From the NCBI GenBank assembly GCA_951406725.2, contig OX597833.1, positions 73,160,001 to 73,224,000 on the forward strand: a stretch of DNA of 64,000 bases. The letters run 5' to 3'. Position numbers and translations under genes: made by a program. The notes beneath the pieces are model-generated. The model saw only the letters and a list, made by a program, of their open reading frames with translations, searched no databases and was not told where the DNA came from. Source of the DNA: Octopus vulgaris. Taxonomy: Eukaryota. This document shows, one piece after another, positions 12,330 to 25,249 of this stretch (positions are counted from its first letter, which is position 1; each line of letters starts with the position of its first letter).

Positions 12330-14690
12330 ACAAGGTTGCAAAAGTGAGTGGGAATCAACCGGAGCAATATCCCATGATGGTTCTCACAGATGCTTCCGTT
12401 TCCTTTGTTCTTCTGCAGATGTTTAGAGTGAGGCATCCTTGAGGTCATGTGATAACATGACCTACATTTCAAATGTTTATGAAGAGGTCATGCAGTTTAA
12501 AAAGCTTCTGTCCACCATGCTTGTAGATTTCAGAAGGTACAGTATCCATGCCAGGTGCTTGACCAGAAGAGATCTGGTTATCAGAGTTTACCACTTCAGG
12601 AAGGTTGACAGTTCCGGTATTTCAGTGTGCTGTGGAATAGATATGAGGATGTCATCACGACTGGGGTAGAGTTCCACAAGGCTTCGAAGTGGTCTTTCCA
12701 TCATTTCAAGATGTCAGATTTGTCAGTCAGGAGTGTCTCTCTATTTGATGAAAAAATAAGAGTAACACCGTGCTCTTGAGGCCATCATAAAAGGCTTTAG
12801 AATCCTTTCTGTCTGCAGCTTCTTGGAGTTCAGTAGCCTTCAAAGACCACCAAGCCTCCTTCCTCTGTCGCACAGCATATTGTACGTGCTCTCTGCATTT
12901 CTTTTAGGCATTCTCTTTTCTGGATGAGCTCTTATCATTTATCCAAGTTCTGTGAGAGCCGTACATTTATTTTCTATCAACTGTTGAACATCTGTGTTGC
13001 TATCATTGAACCAATCTTGATGTTTATAAACCAGAAGTCCAAGAACCTCTACAGATGCAGAGTGTGTTGCATCACACAGAGCCTTCCAAGATGATTCTAT
13101 GTCATCATTGATACCAACAGTGTTGAGTGCAGTGTCCAACTTGATCGAGAGCTCAGCCTGCTTTTCAGCAGTTCTCAAGGGCAGAACATTAAAGCACTTG
13201 GGCATTGATGGCTTTTGTAGTCTTGTGTGGTTCAGATGGAACATAGCCTTACTATGGAGAAGAGAATGGTCAGAGAGATGGCAGCTGTTATGAAAGGAAC
13301 ATGTAATATTAGTCCCTAATATCTCATTTATTAGGGATAACATAGTCTACGAGAGGCCAATCCTTAGATCTAGGATGCATCCAGGTTGTCTTTCAACAAT
13401 TTCGCTGTTGAAAAAAAGGTATTTGTGATGCTTTGACTGAATTCCCTGCAGATGGAGCGCACACGCTGACCGCTGGAGTTCATTCAACATACACCATGAT
13501 GACCAGGTACCCCCTCCCGTGCCTGATAGTCAGTACCAACATGAGCATTATTAAAGTCACCCATAAGGATAAGTTTATCTCTATGACGACAACTGGAGAT
13601 GACATCATGGAGTTGGTTGTAAAATTCATCCTTTTCATGCTCGGTGCTAATCATGGTTGGGGCATAGCAACTGATAAGTGTTGCAACCAAGTTCCAATGT
13701 TCGTGTCCTGATGTGATCAGAAATACCTTTGGGTGGAGAAAGAAAGGACCTCACTGTTTCTGGTTTGATGGCAAAACCAACACCAGAGCCACGCCACTCT
13801 GATCTTCACTTCCACACCAGAAAAATATGTATCCACCTTTGCTTTCTTCCAACTCTGGTGATCCTGCAAGATAAATGTCACTGATTGCAGCTATGGCAAT
13901 GTTGTATTTCTTTAGTTCAAGGGCAACCAGTGCCCTTTTTTCGTTCTGGTAACTGTCTTGGAGAGTACACACATTCCAAGAACCAAGGTTAATATTCTTA
14001 GATTTCATTGTGTTTTGACTGCATTATTGAATAACCAGACAGCTGTAGTGGGCTGCCAAGTTTAAGATGAGTAAGCAATGCTTGGGGCTCCTTTTCTTAC
14101 CCTTCCCCCTGTTGGGAAAAGCAGTGCTGTGTCTAAATAGACCTGCTTTGTCACCACTGGAGGACACAGACAGCACAGTTACAAGTTCTTTGCTGGAATG
14201 GCCATCACCCAATGGTCACCAACTGTGGAGAGATCCAACAAGTGACTTCCAATGATATCCTTTACCTGTCCCTGTTACTTTCACTCTCTTGCCACAGGAC
14301 TTCTTGATTTTTGCAAGCTGAAGCTGTGCTGTATTGAATGAATAGATGTAAGTTGTCAGAAAATCTACACAAATGATTTGATTTGAGTGTTGAAGGCTTG
14401 TATAGACCCAGCCACACTTTTTGGAAGTGATGATAGCAAGAATATGGTACACATATTGTGCCACAATACCAAGAACAACACACCTCAAGCGTTTTCTTCA
14501 GAGGTTTCCATCTCCTAGACAAGCTGGAGAGCTTAGTCTACCCTATGAGTCAATTTGCCGACTGTACAGCCCTGTTAGGGAGACCTTCAGCAACTAAGGA
14601 CTTGGTTTTATATCAGAGTTTCCCTCTCCTAGATGAGATGCTTTCACCACAATTAAGGAGCTCCATCTGCCCCCTAATATGTGGAATTAA
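12330..14690 (-). mobile_element. RTE-clade LINE (second family): 5' UTR, APE endonuclease and linker; RT/3' end missing
   Basis: ORF remnants NLGSWNVCTL...ALVALELKKYNIAIAAISD, ISCYAPT...DEFYNQL...ILMGDFN and KHQDWF; RTE-type 5' UTR (CTAGGAGAGGGAAACTCTGA on the minus strand). Confidence 0.85.
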
Positions 14691-14915
14691 ATGCATCAAT
14701 TTTAGAAAATACACACACACATATACATAGTTGGATGACCATTGACTACTCATGAGTTTCTCTGTCCTTTTGTCCTGCAGGGTGTCCAACTATCACCCTC
14801 CTCACTAAGCAAGCTTGGTGGGGTTGCCACTTTAGTCACCAACAATCCAACCTTGTAACAGGTTGTACTGGGTTCCATATTACTAGTAGCATTCAAGAGC
14901 AACCTGACATGTATA

Positions 14916-15262
14916 CATCATCATCATCATCATTTAGCGTCCGCTTTCCATGCTAGCATGGGTTGGACGGTTCAACTGGGGTCTGGGAAGCCAGAAGGCT
15001 GCATCAGGCCCAGTCTGATCTGGCAGTGTTTCTATGGCTGGATGCCCTTCCTAACGCCAACCACTCCGTGAGTGTAGTGGGTGCTTTTTACGTGCCAGAC
15101 GAGGCTGGCAAACGGCCACGAATGGATGGTGCTTTTTACGTGCCACCGGCAATAGGCCAGTCGGGGCGGCGCTGGCAACGGCCACGTTCAGATGGTTCTC
15201 TTATGTGCCACCGGCACTGGTTCCACAGCTGCAATTTCCATTGATGTTGATCGATTTTGATC
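14916..15262 (-). mobile_element. RTE 3' end
   Basis: (CAT)n + TTTAGCGTCCGCTTTCCATGC terminus and GTGCCACCGGC sub-repeats. Confidence 0.85.
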
Positions 15263-15289
15263 ATGCATATATATATATATATATATACA

Positions 15290-15550
15290 TGGCATCGATC
15301 ACATTTGGATAGTGCTTTTTACGTGCCATCTGAATGTGATCGATGCCAGGCCCAACTGATTGGCTCCTGTGCTGGTGGCACGTAAAAAGCACCCACTACA
15401 CTCTTGGCGTGGTTGGTGTTAGGGCATCCAGCTGTAGAAACATTGCCAGATCAGATTAGAGCCTGGTGCAGCCATCTGGCTCTCCAGACCACAGTCAAAT
15501 TGTCCAACCCATGCCAGCATGGTAAATGGATGTTAAACAATGATGATGAT
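15290..15550 (+). mobile_element. RTE 3' end with an inverted 5' junction
   Basis: Ends GCATGGTAAATGGATGTTAAACAATGATGATGAT; opposite orientation to both neighbouring copies. Confidence 0.8.
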
Positions 15551-15650
15551 ATATATTTGTTTGATTACATTTATTTATTTGTTTGATTGTATTTATTTAT
15601 AGTTATTTGTTTATATATATTTATATATATATATATATATATGTATATAT

Positions 15651-15950
15651 CATCGTCATCATCGATCAACGTCCATTTTCTATGCAGGCATGGGTTGGAT
15701 GGTTCAACTGGGATCTGGGAAGCCAGGAGGCTGCACCAGGCTCCAGTCTGATCTGGCAGAGTTTCTACAGCTGGATGCCATTCTTAATGCCAACCCCTCC
15801 GAGAATGTTGTGGGTGCTTTTTATGTGCCACCAGCACAGGGGCCAGTGGAGGCTGGCAACGACCACGATCGGTTGGTGCTTTTTACGTGCCACCAGCACA
15901 GAAACCAGTCAAGGCAGCGCTGGCATCATTTGATCAGATAAAATGCTCAA
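15651..15950 (-). mobile_element. RTE 3' end
   Basis: Same family terminus and sub-repeats. Confidence 0.8.
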
Positions 15951-16479
15951 ATAGTCCTCACTATCAATTCTGCCACGAAGGAAAACCACTGGACCGGTGG
16001 ACTTCCAAGACACAGCCCCTTTCATCCCCCCTCCCCAACATCACAGATCCTCCTCCATGTCTAACAGTCGGAAGAAGGCAGCCTGAGTCAAACGCCTCTC
16101 TTGGCTGTCCCCACACGTATAACCAGCCCGCTGTCAAAAACAAGGTAAAGGATGACTAATCCAAGAAAGCAACATTCCTTCACTGTTCCAGGGACCAACT
16201 CTGTGGGCTCCCACTCCAAACGCCCCTGCAACATTTGTCCCTGAAATCAGTGGCTCTCCGACTGCAGCCCCCCTACAAAATCTGGATCTGTGCAGCTCTT
16301 AGCAAACAGCTTTTGAGGAAACAATTCTCAAGGCGGCCATCAAGCTCTGCACCAACTTTGGGAGCTGCACCTCTGTGACACCTCCAACAACTTGCACAAG
16401 AATCCGACAGTCCCCATCTGAAAGTTTTGGTTCTCCTCTAGAGTCCCACTTCTATATACACACACACACACACACACAC

Positions 16480-16632
16480 ACCAGTGTTTCACTGGTACTT
16501 AATTTATCGACTCTGAAAGGATGAAAGGTGAAGTCGACCTCAGTGGAACTTGAACTCAGAACATGGTGATGGCCAAACTACTGCTAAGCATTTTGTCTAG
16601 CACGCTAACGATTCTGCCAGCTTGCTACCTTA
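16480..16632 (-). mobile_element. SINE (family of 43265-43487)
   Basis: GGTACTTAATTTATCGAC...AAAGGATGAAAGG...GAACTCAGAAC shared with the copies at 43265, 50030 and 50275. Confidence 0.75.
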
Positions 16633-16850
16633 ATCATAATAATCGTAGACACATACTGTTATTCTGTATTGCTCAACATAATGTCATGCATTCTGTTGCT
16701 ACCCACATGTTACTGTCTTTGCACCCCCCCCCCTCTTTCTCACCCTCCTTTCACACACATCCCACATGGCTTCACACATTTTGATGTTCTGCAATTACCG
16801 CCACCATCTCTATACTGCCATCTTATTTATGAAATTTTCTTTTCTTCCAG

Positions 16851-16945
16851 GCTCCAATCACAATAACAGACCAAACTCCTATGGAGACTGTTGTAGAAAT
16901 GTTCCGTAAACTTGGTCTCAGACAAACATTGGTTACTCATAATGG
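16851..16945 (+). CDS. CLCN3: ClC-3/4/5-type exchanger exon (CBS2)
   Basis: ttccag|...|gtaag; [32 protein letters not shown] matches ClC-3 [32 protein letters not shown]. Confidence 0.97.
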
Positions 16946-17030
16946 GTAAGTTGGTTTTTATAGGCATTTTGCACACTTTAAACCTGGTGGTTAATAGGTC
17001 CTTTTACTTGCTTTTAATGTCAGTTTACAC

Positions 17031-17745
17031 ATCTAGATGCCCTTCCTAATGCCAACCACTCCAAGAGCGTAGCGGGTGCTTTTTATGTGCCACTGGTACG
17101 AGAGTCAGTCAGGCGGCACTGGGATTGGCCATGTTCGGATGGTGCTTTTTACATGCCACCGGCACAGGGAGCCAGTCAGGCTCTACTGGCAATGACCTAC
17201 GCATGAATGGTGCTTATTGCGTGCCACCAGCATGGGGACCAGTCAGGCGGCACTGGCATTGGCCACAACTACAATTTCTATTTAACTCAATAGGTCTCCT
17301 CAAGCACAGCATGTTGCCCAACGATCCAAAGGTACTTTTGTTAAGTGGGCTGGTTATGCAACACTGGTGTAGGCTACAGCTGTGATCTCACTTTACTTTC
17401 CAGGTCTTCCCAGTCACAGCATTTCTCCAGAGGTCTCGGTCTTTCATCATTGCCTCTGTGAGGCCCAATCTGCAAAGGTCATGCTTCACCACCTCATTCC
17501 ATGTCTTCCTGGATCTCCCTCTTCCACGGGTTCCTTCCACCATTCAGGACTGACACCTCTTCACACAGCTCTCTTCATCTGTATGCAGCACATGACCATA
17601 CCAGCACAGTTGTCTCTTTTGCACACCACATCTGATGCTTCTTATGTCCAACATTTCTCTCAGGGCACTTTCACTCTGTCTTGTGTGCACATTGACATTA
17701 CGCATCCAGCAGATCATACTAGCTTCATTTCTTTTGAGCTTTCTT
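17031..17745 (-). mobile_element. RTE LINE 3' fragment
   Basis: ORF 17544-17792 (RKLKRNEASMICWMRNV...QLCWYGHV) plus 3' UTR sub-repeats. Confidence 0.85.
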
Positions 17746-18995
17746 GTGGCAGATGCTCTCCAAACATCCACCCCCACTGCAGATTTGGCCACCTAGGTAG
17801 CGGGAGCTGCCAACTACTTCTAGTTTTTGAGTAAATAATTCTCAACAATACAATATTTTCCTTTTTTAAATAAATGAGATTTAAAAAATTTTTTAACTTA
17901 ACATTTCAAGCTGAAAAGTTCATAGTCCTGATGAAACAGGGAATAAGGTCTGCACTGAGGTTAATATTGACTTCATTTGGTCGTGTTGGACTGAAGCTGA
18001 CACAACACAATATTCAACAGAATTTATGAGCCTTAATTTGTCTTAAGTTATTCACTGACCAAACATATTGATCAGCTGAATTCTCCATGTCCTGCTCTCT
18101 AACTGGGAAATTCTAATCTTATCAATTGCAGTCCGCCAGTGAATCAAAAAGGTTTCTTGTTTATTTCTTGAAGTCATCTCTCATCCATTTTGGTGTAAAT
18201 ACTAACCTGCAAATTAAATACAGCTTCCTTTTATATCATCACTGTGATGATCATCATCATCATTGTTTAATGTCCTCCTTGCATGCTGGCATGAGTTGGA
18301 CAGTTTGACGGGAGCTGGCCAGACTGCACCAGATTTCTGTGTTTGTTTTGGGGCAGGGTTTTTTTTTTACAGCTGGATGCCCCTCCTAACACTAACTACT
18401 CTGTAGAGTGGGCTGAGTGCTTTTTACATGGCACTTGCACCAACAGGGTCAGTTTTGGCATGGTTTTTACAGCTGGATGCCCTTCCAAATACCAACCACT
18501 TTACAGTGGGGGCTGAGGGCTTTTTACATGGCATCAGCATTGGCAGGGTCACCAATTAACTTGCAAGACAAAGAATCTTTGAGAGGGGAAGGGGGCATTG
18601 TATCTTTGTGATACTCCTCCTAGGTTCAAAACCAAACTGCATCTCACTTTGTTTAATTCTATTCCTAATCAATTGAGCTAGAGTGTGGGGTATGGTATAA
18701 GTAAGATTTCACTGTCATTTCTAGCAGATCAAGAAACTTTTACAGACTCCTCCTGTCATCATTAACATCTGACTTCCATGCCAGAAGCGATTGGAAGGTT
18801 TGACAGGATCCCGACTGCAGCAGTTAGGAGAGTGATGTAAGAAAGAGAAATAAGGTGCAGGGGCAGTTTGAGGAGGTTTCATATTGCCCCATTTAAATAA
18901 ATTGTTGCTGTAGTACCTTTATCATTATTATTATTTGTATTATTTGTATTGTACTGGAAGCCTCTTTTATTTATCATTTGGTTCTTTCATTTCAG

Positions 18996-19086
18996 GAGAC
19001 TTTTAGGCATCATAACAAAAAAGGATGTCCTCAGGCATATTGCACAGTTACAAAATCAAGACCCCGAATCGATCCTATTCAACTAG
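18996..19086 (+). CDS. CLCN3: ClC-3/4/5-type exchanger terminal coding exon
   Basis: ttcag| then [29 protein letters not shown]; near-identical to the ClC-3/4/5 C-terminus (QDP.SI.FN); TAG at 19084-19086. Confidence 0.97.
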
Positions 19087-19457
19087 TACCGCCAGGCCCT
19101 TGACACACTAACTAGGCAATAGTCTGAGTAATGGAGTTTTAATGACACCCAAGAAATATGGTCTTCTGACACTCCACCAGAGGATGCTTTTTTCATGGCT
19201 CGGCTGCAGCATCCAACATCACCGTTCACCATTGCTGCCAATCTTTTTATTACTGCCAGTCTGTCTCTCTCTGTCCTTTCTGTGTTTGTTGGTTCACTCT
19301 GGAGTCTGGGTTTTGGTGATGGCTGATTTTTAGGGAGCCAACAGCATAATTATATTTATTATTATTATTGTTATTATTATTATTTTCAACACAACACACA
19401 CGTCAACACATAGACATACAGATACATAAACATTGTGTGAGTGTGTTTGTACGTGTA

Positions 19458-19501
<44 letters not shown>

Positions 19502-20287
19502 CATACACATACACAGACATATAAACCCATTCAAAGCTGTGGATTTATTCATTAAAGACAAAAAAGATGGTTTATGCGAATCTCAGAGTAGCGATGGAGC
19601 TAAATCTTTAGCTTTGAACAAATAAACAAACTCTCCTAGATATATTGCATAATGTTTCTCCTGTTTGTACGCTTAAATGTGTGTATATCTATCTAAATGT
19701 ATACACACATACATAATTGTGTGTGTGTATATACACACACACAGTCATATCCATCAACACCTAGCCATCTACCTTGTAACACCATTATGTAAATTTCCTT
19801 ATACCTGGCGTAATCTTGTTAACATTTTTTAAAAAGTAATTCTTTGCTACTGTCTTTTTCAGCAGTTTAAGACTAAAATTAATCAATCATCTCTCTAGAG
19901 TCTTTAATGAGAGACAAAACGAGTGTTTTTGATTCTCATTCCAAGATGCCGAAAGCCTTGTCATTTAACTATGGCACCTCCCTTCGCTTTGAGATTAGAT
20001 GTGTGTGTGTGTTTATTTAACATATGGCTATGACTTTCGCATGCATACTTTCTTCAGAATTCCCATTGCATTGGTACCCTAGTTATTACTTACACACACA
20101 CACACGTATTTGAATTCCACACTGCCCTTTGAGAGCTGTGATATTTTGCTGTGAGAACCTTGACCTAACGCTAACCCCTTTGTTTCACTATGATATCTCT
20201 AGCTATTTGTAAGGTGTTTGTGTCATCAACAGGGGAGAATAAGAGAGAGACTAACCAATCATCCGTAATAATGAGAGCAACACTCCT

Positions 20288-20320
<33 letters not shown>

Positions 20321-21296
20321 CACAAGTCTTAGATATCGGTTCTTTTGCACTTCCATCAACAGACTTTTATTTTTTGTTATTTTTGTGGGGAAGACGGTTG
20401 GAGGAGTTTTTTTACTTTATTTTTTTTGTTCAATTAATCAGGCAATTAATTAATTATAACAGTTGTTAATTATAAATTTTTTTCTCCCTTAATATTATTT
20501 AACATACATAAAACAAGCAGGTCATTCCTTTTTTATTTTCATTTTTTTTGTCTGTATTTTTCTTTCCTTTTAACATATTTCAGTTTGATTTTTGGAAAGA
20601 AAAATTCAAACCCAAAATTTCTCCCCTTTTCCCTATGTAAGCCCTTATTTTTGTTACGGGTTTTTACTCAGAATCTGATGCTCCCCTCTCTTCCCTCCTG
20701 TCTATGAAAGATAAAATTTTACTAATTTACTTTTCCTCTCCCACCTCACACACTCCCCTCGTCCCCACCACTGCCATCTGACAGATCGATTTCCTTATTA
20801 GATTCTTTTACTGGTTTCGGTCATTTGACTGTGGTCATACTGGAGCAGTACTTTCATGTCCCCAGAACTTGTAGAGGTTTATATTTTCTTGACTGGTTCA
20901 GTTTTACATTTTAGCAAAAAGGAGATTGCAACTTGAACTGTCTTGCACTCTTACAGTATATATATATATATGAATAAAATATATATATATATGTTTGTGT
21001 ATATACATATATATGTATATATATACATGTATATATGTATATATGTATATGTATATATGTATATATATGTATATATGTATATGTATATATGTATATGTAT
21101 ATATATATATATGTATATGTATATATATATGTATATGTATATATATATGTATATGTATATATATATGTATATGTATGTATATGTATATGTATGTATATGT
21201 ATATGTATATATGTATATGTATATATATGTATATGTATATGTATGTATATGTATATATATGTATATATATGTATATGTATATATATGTATATGTTA

Positions 21297-21366
<70 letters not shown>

Positions 21367-21496
21367 GTATATGTATATATATATATATGTATATGTATAT
21401 ATATGTATATGTATATATATGTATATATATGTATATGTATATGTATATATATATGTATATATATATATATGTATATGTATATATATGTATATGTAT

Positions 21497-21530
<34 letters not shown>

Positions 21531-21622
21531 ATATGTATATGTATATATATGTATATATATATATATTGTATATGTATATATATATATGTATATATATATA
21601 TATGTATGTATATATATGTATA

Positions 21623-21661
<39 letters not shown>

Positions 21662-23250
21662 ATATGTATATATATATACACGTATACACACGTGTGTGTA
21701 TAGTTGTTGTAAATGAGTGTCACTGTAAGTTTAGTAGTGTCGTTCATTTTCAATCTTCTATGAAAACATCTTCAGCCATGGCACTGTCTATATTCAGAGG
21801 ACTGTGGGGAAACCTGTTACCTTGGAAACAGATGAAGTTTGGTGCCAGGAAGGCCATCCTGCCTACAAGAATTTCATCTGATTTGTACAATCATAGAAAA
21901 GTGAACATGACAAATAGTGAGGATGATGACGATGATGCCAAAGGTGATGACATCTTGGACGGTTTCCATCAACTGATTTTTGGACATTGAGGATTTGAGG
22001 ATGGGTGTGTTGGATAAAAAAATGTCTTTGCAATAGTGAAGGAATACACTAGATTTGACAGTTACAGAAAAAAACAGAAAGATGTTGCAGAAGTTTCCTT
22101 GACCTAGGTTGTACAACAGGTTCTAGTACCTATTGTTAACCATTTTACCATTCCAGTACTTTGCCTTTGCACTAATGCCATAGTCTGACCCTTCTAAAGA
22201 ACTAAGCAGATAAACACATTAACATGCATGCCTCTAAATTTGTCTGTGTGCTTGTGTGTGTGTGTGTGTGTGCATCATACATATGCACACACACACACAC
22301 ACACACACATGTAGTGTACTGATCTGTTATTGGCAAGATGAACAAAACTCTCTCCAGTGAGAGATGAATATCATTTGCTAAACACAGGATTTAAATGCAA
22401 GCTACTGTCAGTTTCACGCTATACAAGCTTGTTTGATAACTGTATTATCAGAGGCATGAAACTTGTGTGTGTGTGTGTGTGTATATATATCATAAGGCAT
22501 ATGTTGTACAATACATATAAATATTTATAGTGCAAATATTAGCTGATACAGAATAAAATATGTTCAGTAGTGATTAGAAGTGTGTTTATTATAACAAAAT
22601 ATGACAATGTTTTGTCATTGGCTGAGCACAACTGTGGTGACCAACTGAGGGTAAAACTCAAGTGAATAATACAGATATTTGAATTTACAAACCTGGGATA
22701 ATAAAAGAAAAGGACTTAATGCAAAGGTCAAGTTTATACATTTATTTGAAGTTCAAACTCCTTTTTGTTGCTGCCCTGAATTGGTGAATTGTCAAGCAAA
22801 AATGTGAAATTTGAAGAAGCAACCAAAGAAAGCTTTGGCAACACACACACACATATATATATACATAATGAACAACACAGGAGGAACAAGATTTAACATA
22901 TAGGGTATAAGCTTAATGTATGTATATATGGATATGTGTATGTAAGTATATATATGTGTGTGTGTGTATGTATATATTTATATACATATATATATATAAT
23001 GTATCAATGTGTGTGCATAAAGCACACACTTAGATACAGATAAACATATATAAACCACTATACACTTTCAAAATAAAACTGTAGCAAACACTTCTATGTT
23101 CTCTGTATATCATTGTATACATGTATATATACATATTTTTGCATGTGTGGTTGAAATGGCTTTGTATATAATACTCAATACGACTGAGTGTATGTGTGGA
23201 ATTAAAATGTCTTTGTATATAATCTTCAATAAAACTTTATGTACTGTATT
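19087..23250 (+). other. Probable long 3' UTR of the CLC gene
   Basis: AT-rich and nearly free of the LINE/SINE copies that fill the introns; AATAAA candidates at 19621, ~22552, ~23073 and 23228. The end point is inferred. Confidence 0.45.
20957..21700. repeat. ~740-bp compound (TA)n/(TATATG)n microsatellite
   Basis: Directly visible; it generates the YI-repeat pseudo-ORFs in the track. Confidence 0.97.
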
Positions 23251-23666
23251 TATATGAATGACTATATGTATGTATGCTCATATATATATATATATATATA
23301 TGCGTGTATGTATGTATGTATATACGTGTGTGTGTCCAACCCATGCTAGCATGGAAAATGGACATTAAACGATGATGATGTATATATACATATCAAATTA
23401 TATATTCCCTATTTGTGGATTAACAATAGTTTCATGAGGGATTTCCACAAAGAATATATTTCTACACCAAATGTGTCAAGCACTCATTCTCCCTATTTGA
23501 TACTATCGTGTGTGTGTGTGTGTGTATTTATAAGGTGAATGTTTGTGCTCACAAGCAGGAAAAGAAGTACTCAATACATGAAGTAAAGAATGTCTATTTT
23601 ATTAGATGCTGCAGCTTTTTAAATTGTAATTCTGAGCTTAATGTTGCTGAGTATTGTATCATTAGA

Positions 23667-23697
<31 letters not shown>

Positions 23698-25249
23698 TAT
23701 GATATGAGTGTATATATATATATATATATTTCTTCCCTAGTATTGTATGCATCAGTCATGACAGGGTTTATTTCCACCTCTACATAATTCTTTCAGCTGT
23801 TCCCTTTACTTCCACACCTGTCACTGGACTTCATTGATTCTTATCTCTCCGCCTTCCCATAATATATATATTTAATGGTAATCCTCCAAAAGACCTTCAC
23901 AAATTTACTTAGAATCAACTCAGAAGTCCCTCTGTGTCCCTAGGGCTAACAGCTTGTTCCATTAGACCATGGAAATATTCCATTGGACCATTCAGCTGGT
24001 CAGTATTGCAGTCCATACGGAGTTAAACAGTTGTGTTAGGATTCCAGGCATCCTGGAAATCCGTGCATGTATGAATGATAGAATTGCTACATGTGATGCA
24101 GTGTATCATTTAGTATATATGTGTGTATATATGGACTTCTAATAGTTTCTCTCCATTAAAATTTGTTTTTCCTCCTCTTCCGTTCCCAGCATCTTTACCA
24201 CTTGGATAATCAGCCGAGCATTCCTCTCCCAATCTCTCTTCTTATTTCCATCATTTATTGCTGCTCCTCCTCCTCTCTCTTCCTCTTTTATTCTTCTCAT
24301 TCTCCACCCTGGCTCTCTCTTCTCTTTCAATCTCTCCTCTCTCACTTTTCTTCTTTTCCCATCCTTTTTCATATTTTACTCTCTGCTTACACATGACTCT
24401 TTCCTTCCCCCCCACCTCTCTCTCTCTCTGTTGATTTCTTAGTATTTCTCTTTCTCCCCACTCCCTCTCTATTATCAGTCTACCTCTCCTTCCAACATCA
24501 TAGAAAAGTAAAACAAACTCATAAAAGGAAAGAAAATTATAAATGGATGCATGACTGGTTTGTGTGTCTAAGATTTAGTCTCCTGGCCCAGGAGGGGGAT
24601 GCCTGAACTTTCAAAGTCCATATTTGTAGATAATTCAATGCTTATCTTTCTTATGGATCTCTCATCAGTCTGAAGATGGTGAGGTTACCTTGAGGTCATG
24701 TGATCCAGAGGGACAGAATTAATGGGTAGGGTCAGGGGTGGGCATAACTCCAGGTGCATTGAGTGAGAATTTCTTACGAAATATTGGCAGTTGGTTACCT
24801 GTCCTATGCTTCTTTTTTATGCTCTGTGTGTGTGTGTGCTTTGTGTGAGACTTATCTTTGCTGCATATCTGTAGATTGTTATAGGTGTAGTATATTAATC
24901 TGGGGATGTATTAGGTATTGTTAAAGTTGTGTCCTACTTTCAGTCCTCCTTTCCTTCTGATAAAGGATGACACTTGATGTGGCCAGCATCATCTGAACAT
25001 CTTACTTTCACTCTTATTGTTCAGTTATATATATTTTTTTAGATTTTAATCCTTCTAATTTCCAAAAGTTCTCAATTAGGTAAACTGTACATTTCTTTGT
25101 TCTTCTGATGTTATTATTATGGCCAGATTCCAGCCCAGGCTACAGCAACCAAGTCCATCCAGCACACTTCTCCGTCCATCATCACTACCTTAAGTTCCTG
25201 GATGTATTTTCCAGGCTAGTGTCTGTGATTAAGTTGTCAATGTATGACG

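Noticed and set aside
20911-21990. Long YI/YM-repeat ORFs of 220-280 aa
   Set aside because: Translation of a TA/TATATG microsatellite that lacks stop codons; not genes.
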